From: Massilia sp.
Lineage (GTDB): Bacteria; Pseudomonadota; Gammaproteobacteria; Burkholderiales; Burkholderiaceae_D
Direction of reading: 5' to 3'
NCBI GenBank assembly: GCA_031398335.1
Contig: JANNNC010000045.1
Span: 8,917 to 72,916, forward strand
DNA length: 64,000 nucleotides
Position 1 is the stretch's first letter, and each line of letters starts with the position of its first letter. Made by a program: the position numbers and the translations under genes. The notes beneath the pieces were generated by a model. That model ran no database searches, had not been told where the DNA came from, and saw only the letters and a list, made by a program, of their open reading frames with translations. Below are positions 49,493-63,773 of the stretch, one piece after another.

Positions 49493-50071
49493 CTACCGAG
49501 CAAGGGCTTCCGATGCAGGTTTTACAACCCTCATCACGCTGGCACGGGAGACACCATAGGTGCGTGCCAAGGAGCTGATCGATTGGCCAGTCTGATGCTG
49601 CTGTAGCATTGCCGCCCGCTGGGCATCCGTCGTGCTGGCTGGGCGGCCCAAGGTCTTGCCCTCAGCCTTCGCCCGCGCCAGGCCGGACTGGGTGCGTTCC
49701 ACCAGCAGATCGCGCTCCATCTCGGCCACGGCGGCCAGCATCAGCTTGCCGGCGGCGCTGGTGAGGTCGAGCTTCCCCAGCTGCAGGACGATGACCTCAA
49801 TGCGGCGAGCGGCCAGCGCCTTGATCGTGGCGCCGACGTCCTGGGCATCACGGCCGAGGCGGTCGAGCTTTGTCACCACCAAGGTTTCGCCGTCGCGGAT
49901 CTGGCTGAGCATCTTGGCGAACTGCGGGCGCTGCGCCGCCGAGACCTTCCCCGACACGCCCTCGTCGGCATGCCAGAAGTCGATGGCATAGCCGGCCGCC
50001 TCGATCTCCCGGCGCTGGTTCTCCGTCGTCTGTTCCTTCGTGTTGACCCGGCCGTATCCGAAAATTGCCAT
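49493..50071 (-). CDS. Resolvase/invertase-type serine recombinase homolog with Asn at the catalytic Ser position
   Basis: 192 aa. 'GYGRVNTKEQ' against the consensus 'GYxRVSTxxQ'. 'KLDRLGRD' is conserved. C-terminal HTH. Confidence 0.85.
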   Translation of the reverse strand: MAIFGYGRVNTKEQTTENQRREIEAAGYAIDFWHADEGVSGKVSAAQRPQFAKMLSQIRDGETLVVTKLDRLGRDAQDVGATIKALAARRIEVIVLQLGKLDLTSAAGKLMLAAVAEMERDLLVERTQSGLARAKAEGKTLGRPASTTDAQRAAMLQQHQTGQSISSLARTYGVSRASVMRVVKPASEALAR

Positions 50072-50087
50072 TTGCTCTCACTCCGTT

Positions 50088-50127
50088 GTCCAAGGACGTC
50101 CAATAGCGTCCAATAACGTCCATATTA
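50088..50127. repeat. Four phased 10-bp repeats GTCCA(A/T)NNNN upstream of the recombinase
   Basis: GTCCAAGGAC, GTCCAATAGC, GTCCAATAAC and GTCCATATTA run in tandem. They are followed by the perfect palindrome TGAACATGTTCA (50131-50142). Confidence 0.8.
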
Positions 50128-50324
50128 CATATGAACATGTTCAAAAGTAAGTAGACTATTTTATGAACATTTCAGAGCACGGCCGAGCCGACCTGTCCAC
50201 AAACGGTCGATTGTGGTTAGGCAGGCTCGCCTGACTGCTCAGCTGTGTACAATAGTTTGCCCAGCTTCGGCAGACGGTATATAGCCGAGCAGTTCCCGCG
50301 TCGGTGGTGAGCCAGGAAACCCCT

Positions 50325-50348
50325 ACGACGATCGCATCATACGAGGAC
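50325..50348. repeat. Direct repeat copy 2 (ACGACGATCGCATCATACGAGGAC)
   Basis: 24/24 identical to 48079-48102. It lies 60 nt downstream of the msrA stop. Confidence 0.95.
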
Positions 50349-50408
50349 CACAAATGGGGTGCTTGGCGGGAAGCACTCCCTTGACCACGCGGATGCGATG
50401 CGCTCGCA

Positions 50409-50930
50409 TCAGGCGCGATGGGGCAGTTTCCAGTCGGGCCGCACGAAGTGGCACGTATACCCGTTCGGTATGCGTTCCAGGTAATCCTGGTGCTCCGGCT
50501 CGGCTTCCCAGAATGGGCCTGCAGGCGCGATCTCGGTGACGACCTTGCCGGGCCACAGGCCGGATGCGTCGACGTCGGCAACGGTGTCCTCGGCCACGCG
50601 CCTTTGCTCATCATTCAGGTAAAAAATGGCGGAGCGGTAGCTGACGCCGAGGTCGTTGCCCTGGCGGTTGGGTGTGCTCGGGTCGTGAATCTGGAAGAAA
50701 AATTCCAGGATCTGGCGCAAGCTGATCCGGGCCGGATCGGACACGACTTCGAGCGCTTCGGCGTGCGTGCCATGGTTGCGGTAAGTCGCGTTGGGCACGT
50801 CGCCGCCGGTATAGCCGACGCGGGTGGACAGTACGCCGGGCTGGCGGCGCAGCAGCGCCTGCATGCCCCAGAAGCATCCGCCTGCCAGGATGGTGGTTTC
50901 AGTGTGCGCGGTCATCGTCGATTCTTTCAT
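50409..50930 (-). CDS. msrA: Peptide-methionine (S)-S-oxide reductase
   Basis: '[11 protein letters not shown]' active site and 'GYTGG..PNATY'. The start is ambiguous (50930 or 50915). Confidence 0.9.
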   Translation of the reverse strand: MKESTMTAHTETTILAGGCFWGMQALLRRQPGVLSTRVGYTGGDVPNATYRNHGTHAEALEVVSDPARISLRQILEFFFQIHDPSTPNRQGNDLGVSYRSAIFYLNDEQRRVAEDTVADVDASGLWPGKVVTEIAPAGPFWEAEPEHQDYLERIPNGYTCHFVRPDWKLPHRA

Positions 50931-51073
50931 TGTGGTGGAAGGCCGCATCCTGCGCGGTGTTAAGTACTCGACCGGAAATAAATGTGAATTCTGGCAGCCA
51001 AAACACATTTATTTTTGGGCGAGTACTTTAGCGCTTCATGATAACGGCTCCTCCCGTTTGAACGCGCACCGCC

Positions 51074-51766
51074 TTATTTTTTCGCCGGCAGCACCGTCCG
51101 CAAGCCATGCGTCACCACCAGCGGAAACACGCTCGCATGGTCCTCGTCCGCAAACCCCTTTACTTGCGTGCGCAGGGCCGGATAACGGTACGCCTTCAAG
51201 GCAGTGTCGAACTCGCGCAGGTCGGCCAGCATGTCGGCGTCTTCTTCAAGCCGCGCGCGCTTCTTGCCGGGCGCGAGGGTTTCGCGGCTGCCGATGCCAA
51301 AATAAACGGTCGCCGGCAGCTCGCGGTGGCGCTCGCCGTAGGCTTCCAGGCGGTCGAACATCACGCCGGCGTCGTACCAGAGCGAGGGGCTGCCGAGGAT
51401 GTAGTGCTCGAACAGGCGCGGTTCCGTGAACAGGATCTGCAGGCCGAGCAGGCTGCCGTAGGAATGGCCGACGAAGAACTTGCGCTTCATGTCGGCGCGG
51501 TAGTCGTGCTTGCGCGGCACGGTCGGCGTGTCGTCGCGGCGGCGGCTGAACGTCCCCGTGTCGCCCTTGGCGTAGGACAGGCCGACCACGATCGTCTCTT
51601 CCATGCCCGCATGTTTGCTCAGGCGCTGCGAGATGTTGCGCACGACCGGAAAGGCGTAGTTGGCGTCGGTGACGAACACCACCGGGTACTCGCGCGTGCC
51701 CTCGCGGTAGGAATCGGGCAGGGCGACGAAGACCTGGTAAACATCTTTGTATGCAGTTTGTTTCAC
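51074..51766 (-). CDS. Alpha/beta hydrolase (putative esterase, IroE/esterase-D-like)
   Basis: 'YPVVFVTDANY' and nucleophile 'VGHSYGS'. 230 aa. Confidence 0.7.
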   Translation of the reverse strand: MKQTAYKDVYQVFVALPDSYREGTREYPVVFVTDANYAFPVVRNISQRLSKHAGMEETIVVGLSYAKGDTGTFSRRRDDTPTVPRKHDYRADMKRKFFVGHSYGSLLGLQILFTEPRLFEHYILGSPSLWYDAGVMFDRLEAYGERHRELPATVYFGIGSRETLAPGKKRARLEEDADMLADLREFDTALKAYRYPALRTQVKGFADEDHASVFPLVVTHGLRTVLPAKK

Positions 51767-51858
51767 TGTGCCGGCACGACAATAAGCCTGCTATGATCTG
51801 GCGCGCATCTGCCCGCGGCGATCCCGCGGCAGCCTTTTTCGTGTCCGTGAGAGAGACC

Positions 51859-53994
51859 ATGAATCGTCCACAAATGCTCATCATCGCAGCCAGCCTGGCC
51901 GTCGCCGGCGCCGCCTTCGCAGCACCCGCCGGATCCGGCACCGTGCTCGACGCCTCGAACCCCTTTGCCAAGCCAAGCGCGCTGCCGTTCAATTACCCGG
52001 CCTTCGACAAGATCAAGGACGAGCACTTCCTGCCGGCCTACGCTGCCGGCATGCGCGAGCAGCTGCGCGAAGTGGCCGGCATCGCCAACAGCGCCAAGGC
52101 GCCGACCTTCGAGAATACGATCGTCGCCATGGAGCGTTCCGGGCAGATGCTCTCGCGCGTCTCGGCCGTGTTCTCGAACCTGCAGACCGCCAACACGAAC
52201 GACCGCCTGGACGCGGTCGACCGCGAGATGTCGCCGAAACTGGCCGCCCACAGCGATGCGATCTACCTGAACCCGAAGCTGTTCAAGCGGGTCGAGACCC
52301 TGCACGCCAAGCGCGACAAGCTGGGCCTGGATGCGGAAGCGACCTTCCTGCTCGAGCGCTACTACAAGGAATTCGTGCGCGCCGGCGCCAGACTCTCCGG
52401 CGCCGACAAGGAAAAGCTCAAAGCCTATAACGGCCAGATCGCCTCTCTGCAATCGGACTTCTCGCAGCGCGTGCTGAAGGAAGCGAATGCCTCGGCGCTG
52501 GTGGTAAACACCCGCGCCGAACTAGCCGGCCTGTCGGACGCCGAGATCACTGCCGCCGCCGCCGAAGCAAAGAAGCGCGGCCTGGACGGCAAGTACGTCA
52601 TCGGCATCGCCAACACCACGATCCAGGCGCCATTGGCCAGCCTGACGAATCGCTCGGTACGCGAGCGCCTGCAAGCCGCCTCGATGAACCGCGGTAGCCG
52701 GGGCGGCGAGTTCGACACGCGCGAGCTGGTCCTGAAACTGGCGAAGCTGCGCGCCGAACGCGCGACCCTGCTCGGCTACCCGAACTACGCCGCCTATTCG
52801 CAGGAACTGGAAACGGCGAAGAACCCGGCCGCCGTGAACAAGCTGCTGGCCGAACTGGCCAAGCCTGCAATCGGCAACGCCCGGAAAGAAGCGGCCGAGA
52901 TGCAGAAGATTGTCGACGCCCAGAAGGGCGGCTTCCAGGTCGCCGCCCACGACTGGGCGTATTACACCGACAAGGTGCGCGCGGCCCAGTACAACTTCGA
53001 CGAGAACCAGCTGCGCCCGTATTTCGAGCTGAACAACGTATTGGTCAATGGCGTCTTCTTTGCCGCGACCAAGGAGTTCGGCATCACGTTTAAAGAGCGC
53101 AAGGATTTGCCGGTCTACGACCCGGACGTGCGCACCTTCGACGTGTTCGACCACGACGGCAAGCAGCTGGCGATCTTCCTGTTCGATCCCTACGCACGCG
53201 GCAATAAGCAGGGCGGCGCCTGGATGAACGAATACGTGTCGCAGTCTCACCTGCTGGGCAAGCATCCGGTCGTGGGCAACCATCAGAACATCCCGAAGCC
53301 GCCTGGTGGCGAGCCGACCCTGCTGACCTACGACGAAGTGCGCACCATGTTCCACGAGTTCGGCCACGCGCTGCACGGCATGTTCTCGAACGTGAAGTAC
53401 CCGCATTTTTCGGGCACCAGCGTGCCGCGCGACTTCGTCGAGTATCCGTCGCAGGTCAACGAGATGTGGGCGATCTGGCCCGAGGTGCTGTCGAACTACG
53501 CCAGGCACCATAAAACCGGCGCGCCGATGCCGAAGGAATTGCTCGATAAGGTCATCGCGTCGAAAAAATTCAACCAGGGCTTCATGACCAGCGAATACCT
53601 GGCCGCGTCCCTGATCGACCAGCGCTGGCACCAGCTGACCCCGGCGCAGATCCCGACTGACGTGCTGGCCTTCGAAGCGGCCTCGCTGAAGGGCGCCGGC
53701 GTCGACTTCGCCCCGGTGCCGCCGCGCTACCGCACGACCTATTTTTCGCACTCGATGAACGGCGGCTACTCGGCCGGCTACTACGCGTACCTGTGGAGCG
53801 AAAAACTCGACGCCGACACGGTCGAGTGGTTCAAGGAAAACGGCGGCCTGTCGCGCAAGAACGGCGACCACTTCCGCAAGACCCTGCTCTCGCGCGGCGG
53901 GACCACCGAGGCGATGAACCTGTTCAAGGATTTCCGCGGGCGTGATCCGGTGATCGAGCCGCTGCTGGAACGCCGTGGGCTGACCGGTAATTGA
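51859..53994 (+). CDS. dcp: M3 family peptidyl-dipeptidase (Dcp-like), copy 1
   Basis: Signal peptide from ATG 51859 and zinc motif 'HEFGHALH'. 711 aa. Confidence 0.9.
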   Translation: MNRPQMLIIAASLAVAGAAFAAPAGSGTVLDASNPFAKPSALPFNYPAFDKIKDEHFLPAYAAGMREQLREVAGIANSAKAPTFENTIVAMERSGQMLSRVSAVFSNLQTANTNDRLDAVDREMSPKLAAHSDAIYLNPKLFKRVETLHAKRDKLGLDAEATFLLERYYKEFVRAGARLSGADKEKLKAYNGQIASLQSDFSQRVLKEANASALVVNTRAELAGLSDAEITAAAAEAKKRGLDGKYVIGIANTTIQAPLASLTNRSVRERLQAASMNRGSRGGEFDTRELVLKLAKLRAERATLLGYPNYAAYSQELETAKNPAAVNKLLAELAKPAIGNARKEAAEMQKIVDAQKGGFQVAAHDWAYYTDKVRAAQYNFDENQLRPYFELNNVLVNGVFFAATKEFGITFKERKDLPVYDPDVRTFDVFDHDGKQLAIFLFDPYARGNKQGGAWMNEYVSQSHLLGKHPVVGNHQNIPKPPGGEPTLLTYDEVRTMFHEFGHALHGMFSNVKYPHFSGTSVPRDFVEYPSQVNEMWAIWPEVLSNYARHHKTGAPMPKELLDKVIASKKFNQGFMTSEYLAASLIDQRWHQLTPAQIPTDVLAFEAASLKGAGVDFAPVPPRYRTTYFSHSMNGGYSAGYYAYLWSEKLDADTVEWFKENGGLSRKNGDHFRKTLLSRGGTTEAMNLFKDFRGRDPVIEPLLERRGLTGN

Positions 53995-54131
53995 TGGTCG
54001 GTTTGCACGGCCAACGATGCACATTGTTTGCATAACAATGACATCAACGTCATCCCACCGCGACCCACACATTTTTCCCGCGTAGGCCCCCAACCTGCGC
54101 ACTCCTGCAACACATAATCAAACGAGACTTC

Positions 54132-56294
54132 ATGAACCGTCCTCACCTCCTGCTGCTTGCCGCCAGCGTCGCCGTGGCCAACCTGGCCTATGCCCAGCCG
54201 GCCACGCCTGTCGTGCCCGCAACGCATACCCAGCCCGCCACGGCCTTCGACGCGTCGAACCCGTTCGCCGCCAAGAGCACGCTGCCGTTCGAATACCCGG
54301 CCTTCGACAAGATCAAGGACGAACACTTCGGCCCGGCCTACCTGGAAGGCATGCGCCAGCAGGCGGCCGAGATCGAGGCGATCGCCAACAACAAGGCGGC
54401 GCCCACCTTCGACAACACGATCGTCGCGATGGAGCGCTCGGGCCAGCTCCTGAACCGCGTCGGCGTCGTCTTCGGTACCCTGTCCGGCTCGTACACCAAC
54501 GACACCCTGAAAGCCCTGGACAAGGAAATGGCGCCCAAGCTGTCCGCCCACAGCGACGCGATCCGCCTGAACCCGACACTCTACGCGCGCATCAAGGCGC
54601 TGTACGACAAGCGCAGCAAGCTCAAGCTCGACGCCGAGTCCGTCTACCTGCTCGAGCGCTACCACACCGATTTCGTGCGCGCCGGCGCCAAGCTGTCGAA
54701 CGCGGACAAGGAAAGGCTGAAGGCGTATAACAGCCAGCTGGCGACCTTGCAGACGACCTTCGCGCAAAACGTGCTGAATGAATCGAATGCGTCGGCCCTG
54801 ATCGTCGACACCCGGGCGGAACTGGCCGGCATGTTGGATAAACAGATCGACGCTGCCGCCGTCGAAGCGAAGAAGCGCGGCAAGGACGGCAAGTTCGCCA
54901 TCCCTGTGGTGAACACCACCGGCCAGGCCGGCCTGTCGGTGCTGACCAATCGCGCGACCCGCGAAAAGCTGCTGGCGGCGTCCATCGCACGCGGCTCGCG
55001 CGGCGGCGAATTCGACAATACGGAAGAAGTCCTGCAAATCGCCAGGCTGCGCGCCGAACGCGCCGCCCTCTTGGGCTACCCGAGCCACGCGGCCTACATG
55101 CTGGAAGACCAGACCGCGAAGAACACGGAAGCCGTCAACAGCCTGCTGGCCGAATTCGCCAAGCCGGCCGTGAACAACGCGCGCAAGGAAGCGGCCGAAA
55201 TCCAGAAGGTGATCGATGCCGAGAAGGGTGGTTTCCAGCTCGCCGCCCACGACTGGGCCTTCTACAGCGACAAGGTGCGCGCCCAGCGCTACGCCTTCGA
55301 CGCGGCGCAGCTGCGTCCCTACTTCGAACTGAACCGCGTGCTGGTCGACGGCGTCTTCTTTGCCGCCACCAAGGAATTCGGCATCACTTTCAAGGAACGC
55401 AAGGACCTTCCGACCTATAACGAAGACGTGCGCACCTTCGACGTGTTCGACGCCGACGGTTCGCAACTGGCCATCTTCACGTTCGACCCGTACGCGCGCT
55501 CGAACAAGCGCGGCGGCGCCTGGGCGAATGCCCTGGTCGGGCAGAGCAGCCTGATGGGCACCAAGCCCGTCATCGCCAACAACCTGAACGTGGCCAAGCC
55601 GGCCGCGGGCGAACCGACCCTCTTGACCTACGACGAAGTGCGCACCACTTTCCACGAGTTCGGCCATGCGCTGCACGGCATGTTCTCGAACGTGAAATAC
55701 CCGCGCTTCTCGGGCTCGCGCGTGCCGCGCGACTACGTCGAGTTCCCGTCGCAGGTCAACGAGATGTGGATGGCCTGGCCGGAAGTGCTGGCGAATTACG
55801 CCAAGCATTACCAGACCGGCGCGCCGATGCCGAAAGAGCTGCTCGATAAAGTGCAGGCCTCGCAGCAGTTCAACGAAGGCTTCCGCACCACCGAGTACCT
55901 CGCCGCCTCGCTGCTGGACCAGAGCTGGCACCAGCTGAGCGCCTCGCAGATCCCGACCGACGTGCTGGCGTTCGAAGCGGCCGCGTTGAAAAAGGCCGGC
56001 GTCGATTTCGCACCGGTGCCGCCGCGCTACCGCACGACCTATTTCTCGCACGTGTTCTCGGGCGGGTATTCGTCGGGCTACTACGGTTACCTGTGGGCCG
56101 AGAAGCTGGACGCCGACACCGTGAACTGGTTCAAGGAAAATGGCGGCCTGACGCGCAAGAACGGCGACCACTTCCGCAAGACCCTGCTCTCGCGCGGCGG
56201 CACGCTGGACGCGATGCAGATGTACCGCAATTTCAGCGGGCGTGATGCGCAGGTGCAGCCGCTGCTGGAGAAGCGTGGGTTGACCGGGCAGTAA
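54132..56294 (+). CDS. dcp: M3 family peptidyl-dipeptidase (Dcp-like), copy 2
   Basis: 720 aa. Colinear with copy 1 and sharing many identical blocks, e.g. 'TYDEVRT.FHEFGHALHGMFSNVKYP'. Has its own signal peptide. Confidence 0.9.
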   Translation: MNRPHLLLLAASVAVANLAYAQPATPVVPATHTQPATAFDASNPFAAKSTLPFEYPAFDKIKDEHFGPAYLEGMRQQAAEIEAIANNKAAPTFDNTIVAMERSGQLLNRVGVVFGTLSGSYTNDTLKALDKEMAPKLSAHSDAIRLNPTLYARIKALYDKRSKLKLDAESVYLLERYHTDFVRAGAKLSNADKERLKAYNSQLATLQTTFAQNVLNESNASALIVDTRAELAGMLDKQIDAAAVEAKKRGKDGKFAIPVVNTTGQAGLSVLTNRATREKLLAASIARGSRGGEFDNTEEVLQIARLRAERAALLGYPSHAAYMLEDQTAKNTEAVNSLLAEFAKPAVNNARKEAAEIQKVIDAEKGGFQLAAHDWAFYSDKVRAQRYAFDAAQLRPYFELNRVLVDGVFFAATKEFGITFKERKDLPTYNEDVRTFDVFDADGSQLAIFTFDPYARSNKRGGAWANALVGQSSLMGTKPVIANNLNVAKPAAGEPTLLTYDEVRTTFHEFGHALHGMFSNVKYPRFSGSRVPRDYVEFPSQVNEMWMAWPEVLANYAKHYQTGAPMPKELLDKVQASQQFNEGFRTTEYLAASLLDQSWHQLSASQIPTDVLAFEAAALKKAGVDFAPVPPRYRTTYFSHVFSGGYSSGYYGYLWAEKLDADTVNWFKENGGLTRKNGDHFRKTLLSRGGTLDAMQMYRNFSGRDAQVQPLLEKRGLTGQ

Positions 56295-56351
56295 GCTAAT
56301 TTGTCGGCGGTGCCGGTTATTGGCACCGTCACGAATAATCCGATGTTGTAC

Positions 56352-56381
56352 CGCGTGGAGTCCTGACTCCACGCGTTTTTC
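56352..56381 (+). terminator. Rho-independent terminator
   Basis: CGCGTGGAGTC-CTG-GACTCCACGCG followed by T5. Confidence 0.85.
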
Positions 56382-56461
56382 GTGCGTTCGCACACCCCAC
56401 CATTTCCTGCAACCGGGGTATAAACTGCAGCTGTCCCCCTTCTCAAAATTCTCTACAAACG

Positions 56462-56674
56462 ATGAGTGTTCAATCCTTGAACGGTATTACTTTAGAATCC
56501 CTGTTAACCCGCCTCGTCGAACATTACGGCTGGGAGGGACTCGGCCGCCGGATCGACATCAATTGTTTTCAGAAAGATCCGAGCATCAAGTCGAGCCTGA
56601 AGTTTTTGCGCCGCACGCCCTGGGCGCGCGAGCAGGTCGAGGCTTTGTTCCTCGAGACCCGCTTCACCAACTAG
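56462..56674 (+). CDS. VF530/DUF2132 family DNA-binding protein
   Basis: 70 aa. '[49 protein letters not shown]'. Confidence 0.75.
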   Translation: MSVQSLNGITLESLLTRLVEHYGWEGLGRRIDINCFQKDPSIKSSLKFLRRTPWAREQVEALFLETRFTN

Positions 56675-56695
56675 CGATAGCTAAGAGAGAACGCC

Positions 56696-56980
56696 ATGCT
56701 GAACGAGAACGATTCGAACCTGAAGGCGCACCTGAAAACGCTGCACCGCAGCCTGTCCGAGACCGACGAGGTCGACGAAGAGCTGCAGATGCTGCTGCGC
56801 CAGCTCGACGGCGACATCAAGCAGGTGCTCGAGCGCCGCGCCGACGCCGACCTCGACGCCAACACCTATGGCCTCGGCTCGCGTACCCAGGAGCTCAGCG
56901 CCCGTTTTACGGCAAGGCACCCGAACGTGGCCTCGGCCCTGCGCGAGCTCGGAAATATGCTCTCGAGCATGGGAATTTAG
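56696..56980 (+). CDS. DUF4404 family protein
   Basis: 94 aa, helical. The C-terminal '..ARHPNVASALRELGNMLSSMGI' is typical of the family. Confidence 0.65.
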   Translation: MLNENDSNLKAHLKTLHRSLSETDEVDEELQMLLRQLDGDIKQVLERRADADLDANTYGLGSRTQELSARFTARHPNVASALRELGNMLSSMGI

Positions 56981-57069
56981 ACGTTCCTCATCCACAAGTC
57001 ATTGATAGATAAGCCATTTTCAGGGCGGGGAGCAGCCGGCAAACCGGTTTTCCGGTAGAATACCGGCCA

Positions 57070-59334
<2,265 letters not shown>

Positions 59335-59357
59335 GCGTCCTCGTCGTCAAGTTCGGC

Positions 59358-59400
59358 AAAAAGCCGGTCCCCGCAGCGCTGTGGGGACCGGCTTTTGTTT
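59358..59400. terminator. Rho-independent terminator (A-run/T-run flanked, potentially bidirectional)
   Basis: AGCCGGTCCCC...GGGGACCGGCT flanked by AAAAA and TTTTGTTT. Confidence 0.8.
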
Positions 59401-59565
59401 GTCATGAATGCCTTGTTGCACATTGGCGACGTAACATTGTCGGGCTTGCACCAATGTGTTGTATCGGCCACGGAGGAGCGCCACTAAACCACACAAGTGT
59501 GCCAGCCTATTTGACGAAACCATGTAAGATAATTCCTTTGGGAAACACTCGTTAGCTGATAAATA

Positions 59566-60788
59566 ATGTTCCAGTCGCTCAGACGATTGAACAATGCCGG
59601 CGTAGCGCCTGGCCCCAGCTTGCCCCACAAGGAATATGCAGTGATCGATCTTCATACTTATATGCTGGCAGTCGGCATCGGCAACATTGCGTTCGCCTTG
59701 CTGATGGTGGCGTACGTGCGCAGCAGCAGCAGCACGCCCGGCTTGTCGGTATGGATGTGGGCGCGCATGGTGTTTGGCATGACCCAGCTGCTGGCCTGGG
59801 CGCGTCCGGCCAGCGGCCTGCCCCTGCTGGCGCTGGTCGAATCGGCGGGCTGGATTGCCGGCCTGACGCTCGAGGCGGCTGCCTACGCCATGTTCTTCGG
59901 CTATCCGCAGTTGCGGCGCTACCTGGTGCCGATGGCGGTGCTCGGCCTGCTGCTGTCCTGTGCAGCCTCCCTGAATGGCGTGCCCTACGCGCAGCCGGTC
60001 GTGTATGTGTCGCTGATGATGGGCGTCGGCTCGTTCGCCACGGGCGCCATCCTCGTGCATCCGCGCCTGCCGGAAGCGACCGCCCTGCAGCGCCTGATCG
60101 GCGCCAACGACATGGGCGCCGGCGCCGCGCTGGCCGCGTGGGCGAGCTTGGTGCTGCTCGGCGTGCCGGCGGCGACGTGGAGCGAATCGATGGCGTATAT
60201 CGCCGGCTACCTGCTGCTGATCGTGAACGGCTTCGGTTTTATCCTGATGAGCAAGCAGCGCGATGACGCGCGCATGGAGCGCCTGGCCACCACCGACGAC
60301 CTGACGGGCCTGTTGAACCGGCGCGCCTTCTTTGCGCGCGCCGACGCGGCGCGCCTGCTCTCGCTGCGCCTGCACCAGCCGATCACGCTCTTGATGTTCG
60401 ACATCGACCATTTCAAGCAGCTCAATGACCGCTTTGGCCATGCCACCGGCGACGAGGCGCTTGTCAAATTTTCCGCCACCTGTAGCGACTCCCTGCGCGA
60501 GCACGACATCCTGGGCCGCCTGGGCGGAGAAGAATTCGCGCTGGCGCTGCCGGGGACGGACCTGGACGGTGCGCTGCACGCCGCCGAGCGCCTGCGCCTG
60601 GCCGTGGTCGATACCCGCCTGCTCACCTGCGCCAACAGCGATACGATGACGGTCAGTATCGGCGTGGTGCTGGTCGATCCGGAAGAAGACCTGGCGACCG
60701 CGCTCGCGCGCGCCGACCACGCCCTGTATGAAGCCAAGGGGGCAGGGCGCAACCGGGTGCAGGCCGGCGTAGTGAGCCGACGCCGCGC

Positions 60789-60792
<4 letters not shown>
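59566..60792 (+). CDS. Membrane-anchored diguanylate cyclase (GGDEF domain, GGEEF active site, RxxD I-site)
   Basis: Multi-TM N-terminus. 'DIDHFKQLNDRFGHATGD', and 'REHDILGRLGGEEF' (RxxD lies 5 residues before GGEEF). The exact start is uncertain. Confidence 0.85.
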
Positions 60793-63509
<2,717 letters not shown>

Positions 63510-63614
63510 GGAAAGAGTCCAGGGTTGCGCGAAGGATGAGCAGCCTGCGAGCTTACACGGTTTATTTAGCACATGCGCAACGGAACGTGCAGGGTAGGTC
63601 AGTAGGCGAATCGG

Positions 63615-63645
63615 AAAAAGAAAAAGGGCCCGACAAGTCGGACCC
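63615..63645 (-). terminator. Rho-independent terminator after tRNA-Asp
   Basis: On the minus strand: GGGUCCG-ACUUGU-CGGGCCC followed by TTTTTCTTTTT. Confidence 0.75.
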
Positions 63646-63659
63646 TTAATCTCTGATGC

Positions 63660-63736
63660 TGGCGGAGCGGACGGGGCTCGAACCCGCGACCCCCGGCGTG
63701 ACAGGCCGGTATTCTAACCAACTGAACTACCGCTCC
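63660..63736 (-). tRNA. tRNA-Asp (GTC)
   Basis: The reverse complement is GGAGCGGTAGTTCAGTTGGTTAGAATACCGGCCTGTCACGCCGGGGGTCGCGGGTTCGAGCCCCGTCCGCTCCGCCA. It forms a full cloverleaf with an encoded CCA. Confidence 0.95.
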
Positions 63737-63773
63737 GTTTTTACTGATCGGTTCTTCATTTCAAAACTGAATC

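Larger units (their letters stand above)
48103..50348. mobile_element. 2.25-kb integrated islet (recombinase + HigBA-like module + secreted-protein fragment), apparently decayed
   Basis: Bounded by the 24-bp direct repeat. It contains AT-richer stretches and accessory-type genes. Confidence 0.5.

Noticed and set aside
50156-50614. 152-aa minus-strand ORF containing 'SSYDAIVVG'
   Set aside because: It only appears coding because it reads through direct-repeat copy 2 and overlaps msrA out of frame. It is interpreted as the orphaned 5' remnant of the oxidoreductase gene, not as a gene.
53781-56393. 870-aa minus-strand ORF, with a 526-aa ORF at 52522..54102, antisense to the dcp genes
   Set aside because: They mirror the plus-strand M3 peptidase genes, which have clear signal peptides and HEXXH motifs. 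The antisense translations are Arg/Gly/His-rich low-information sequences typical of high-GC 'shadow' ORFs.
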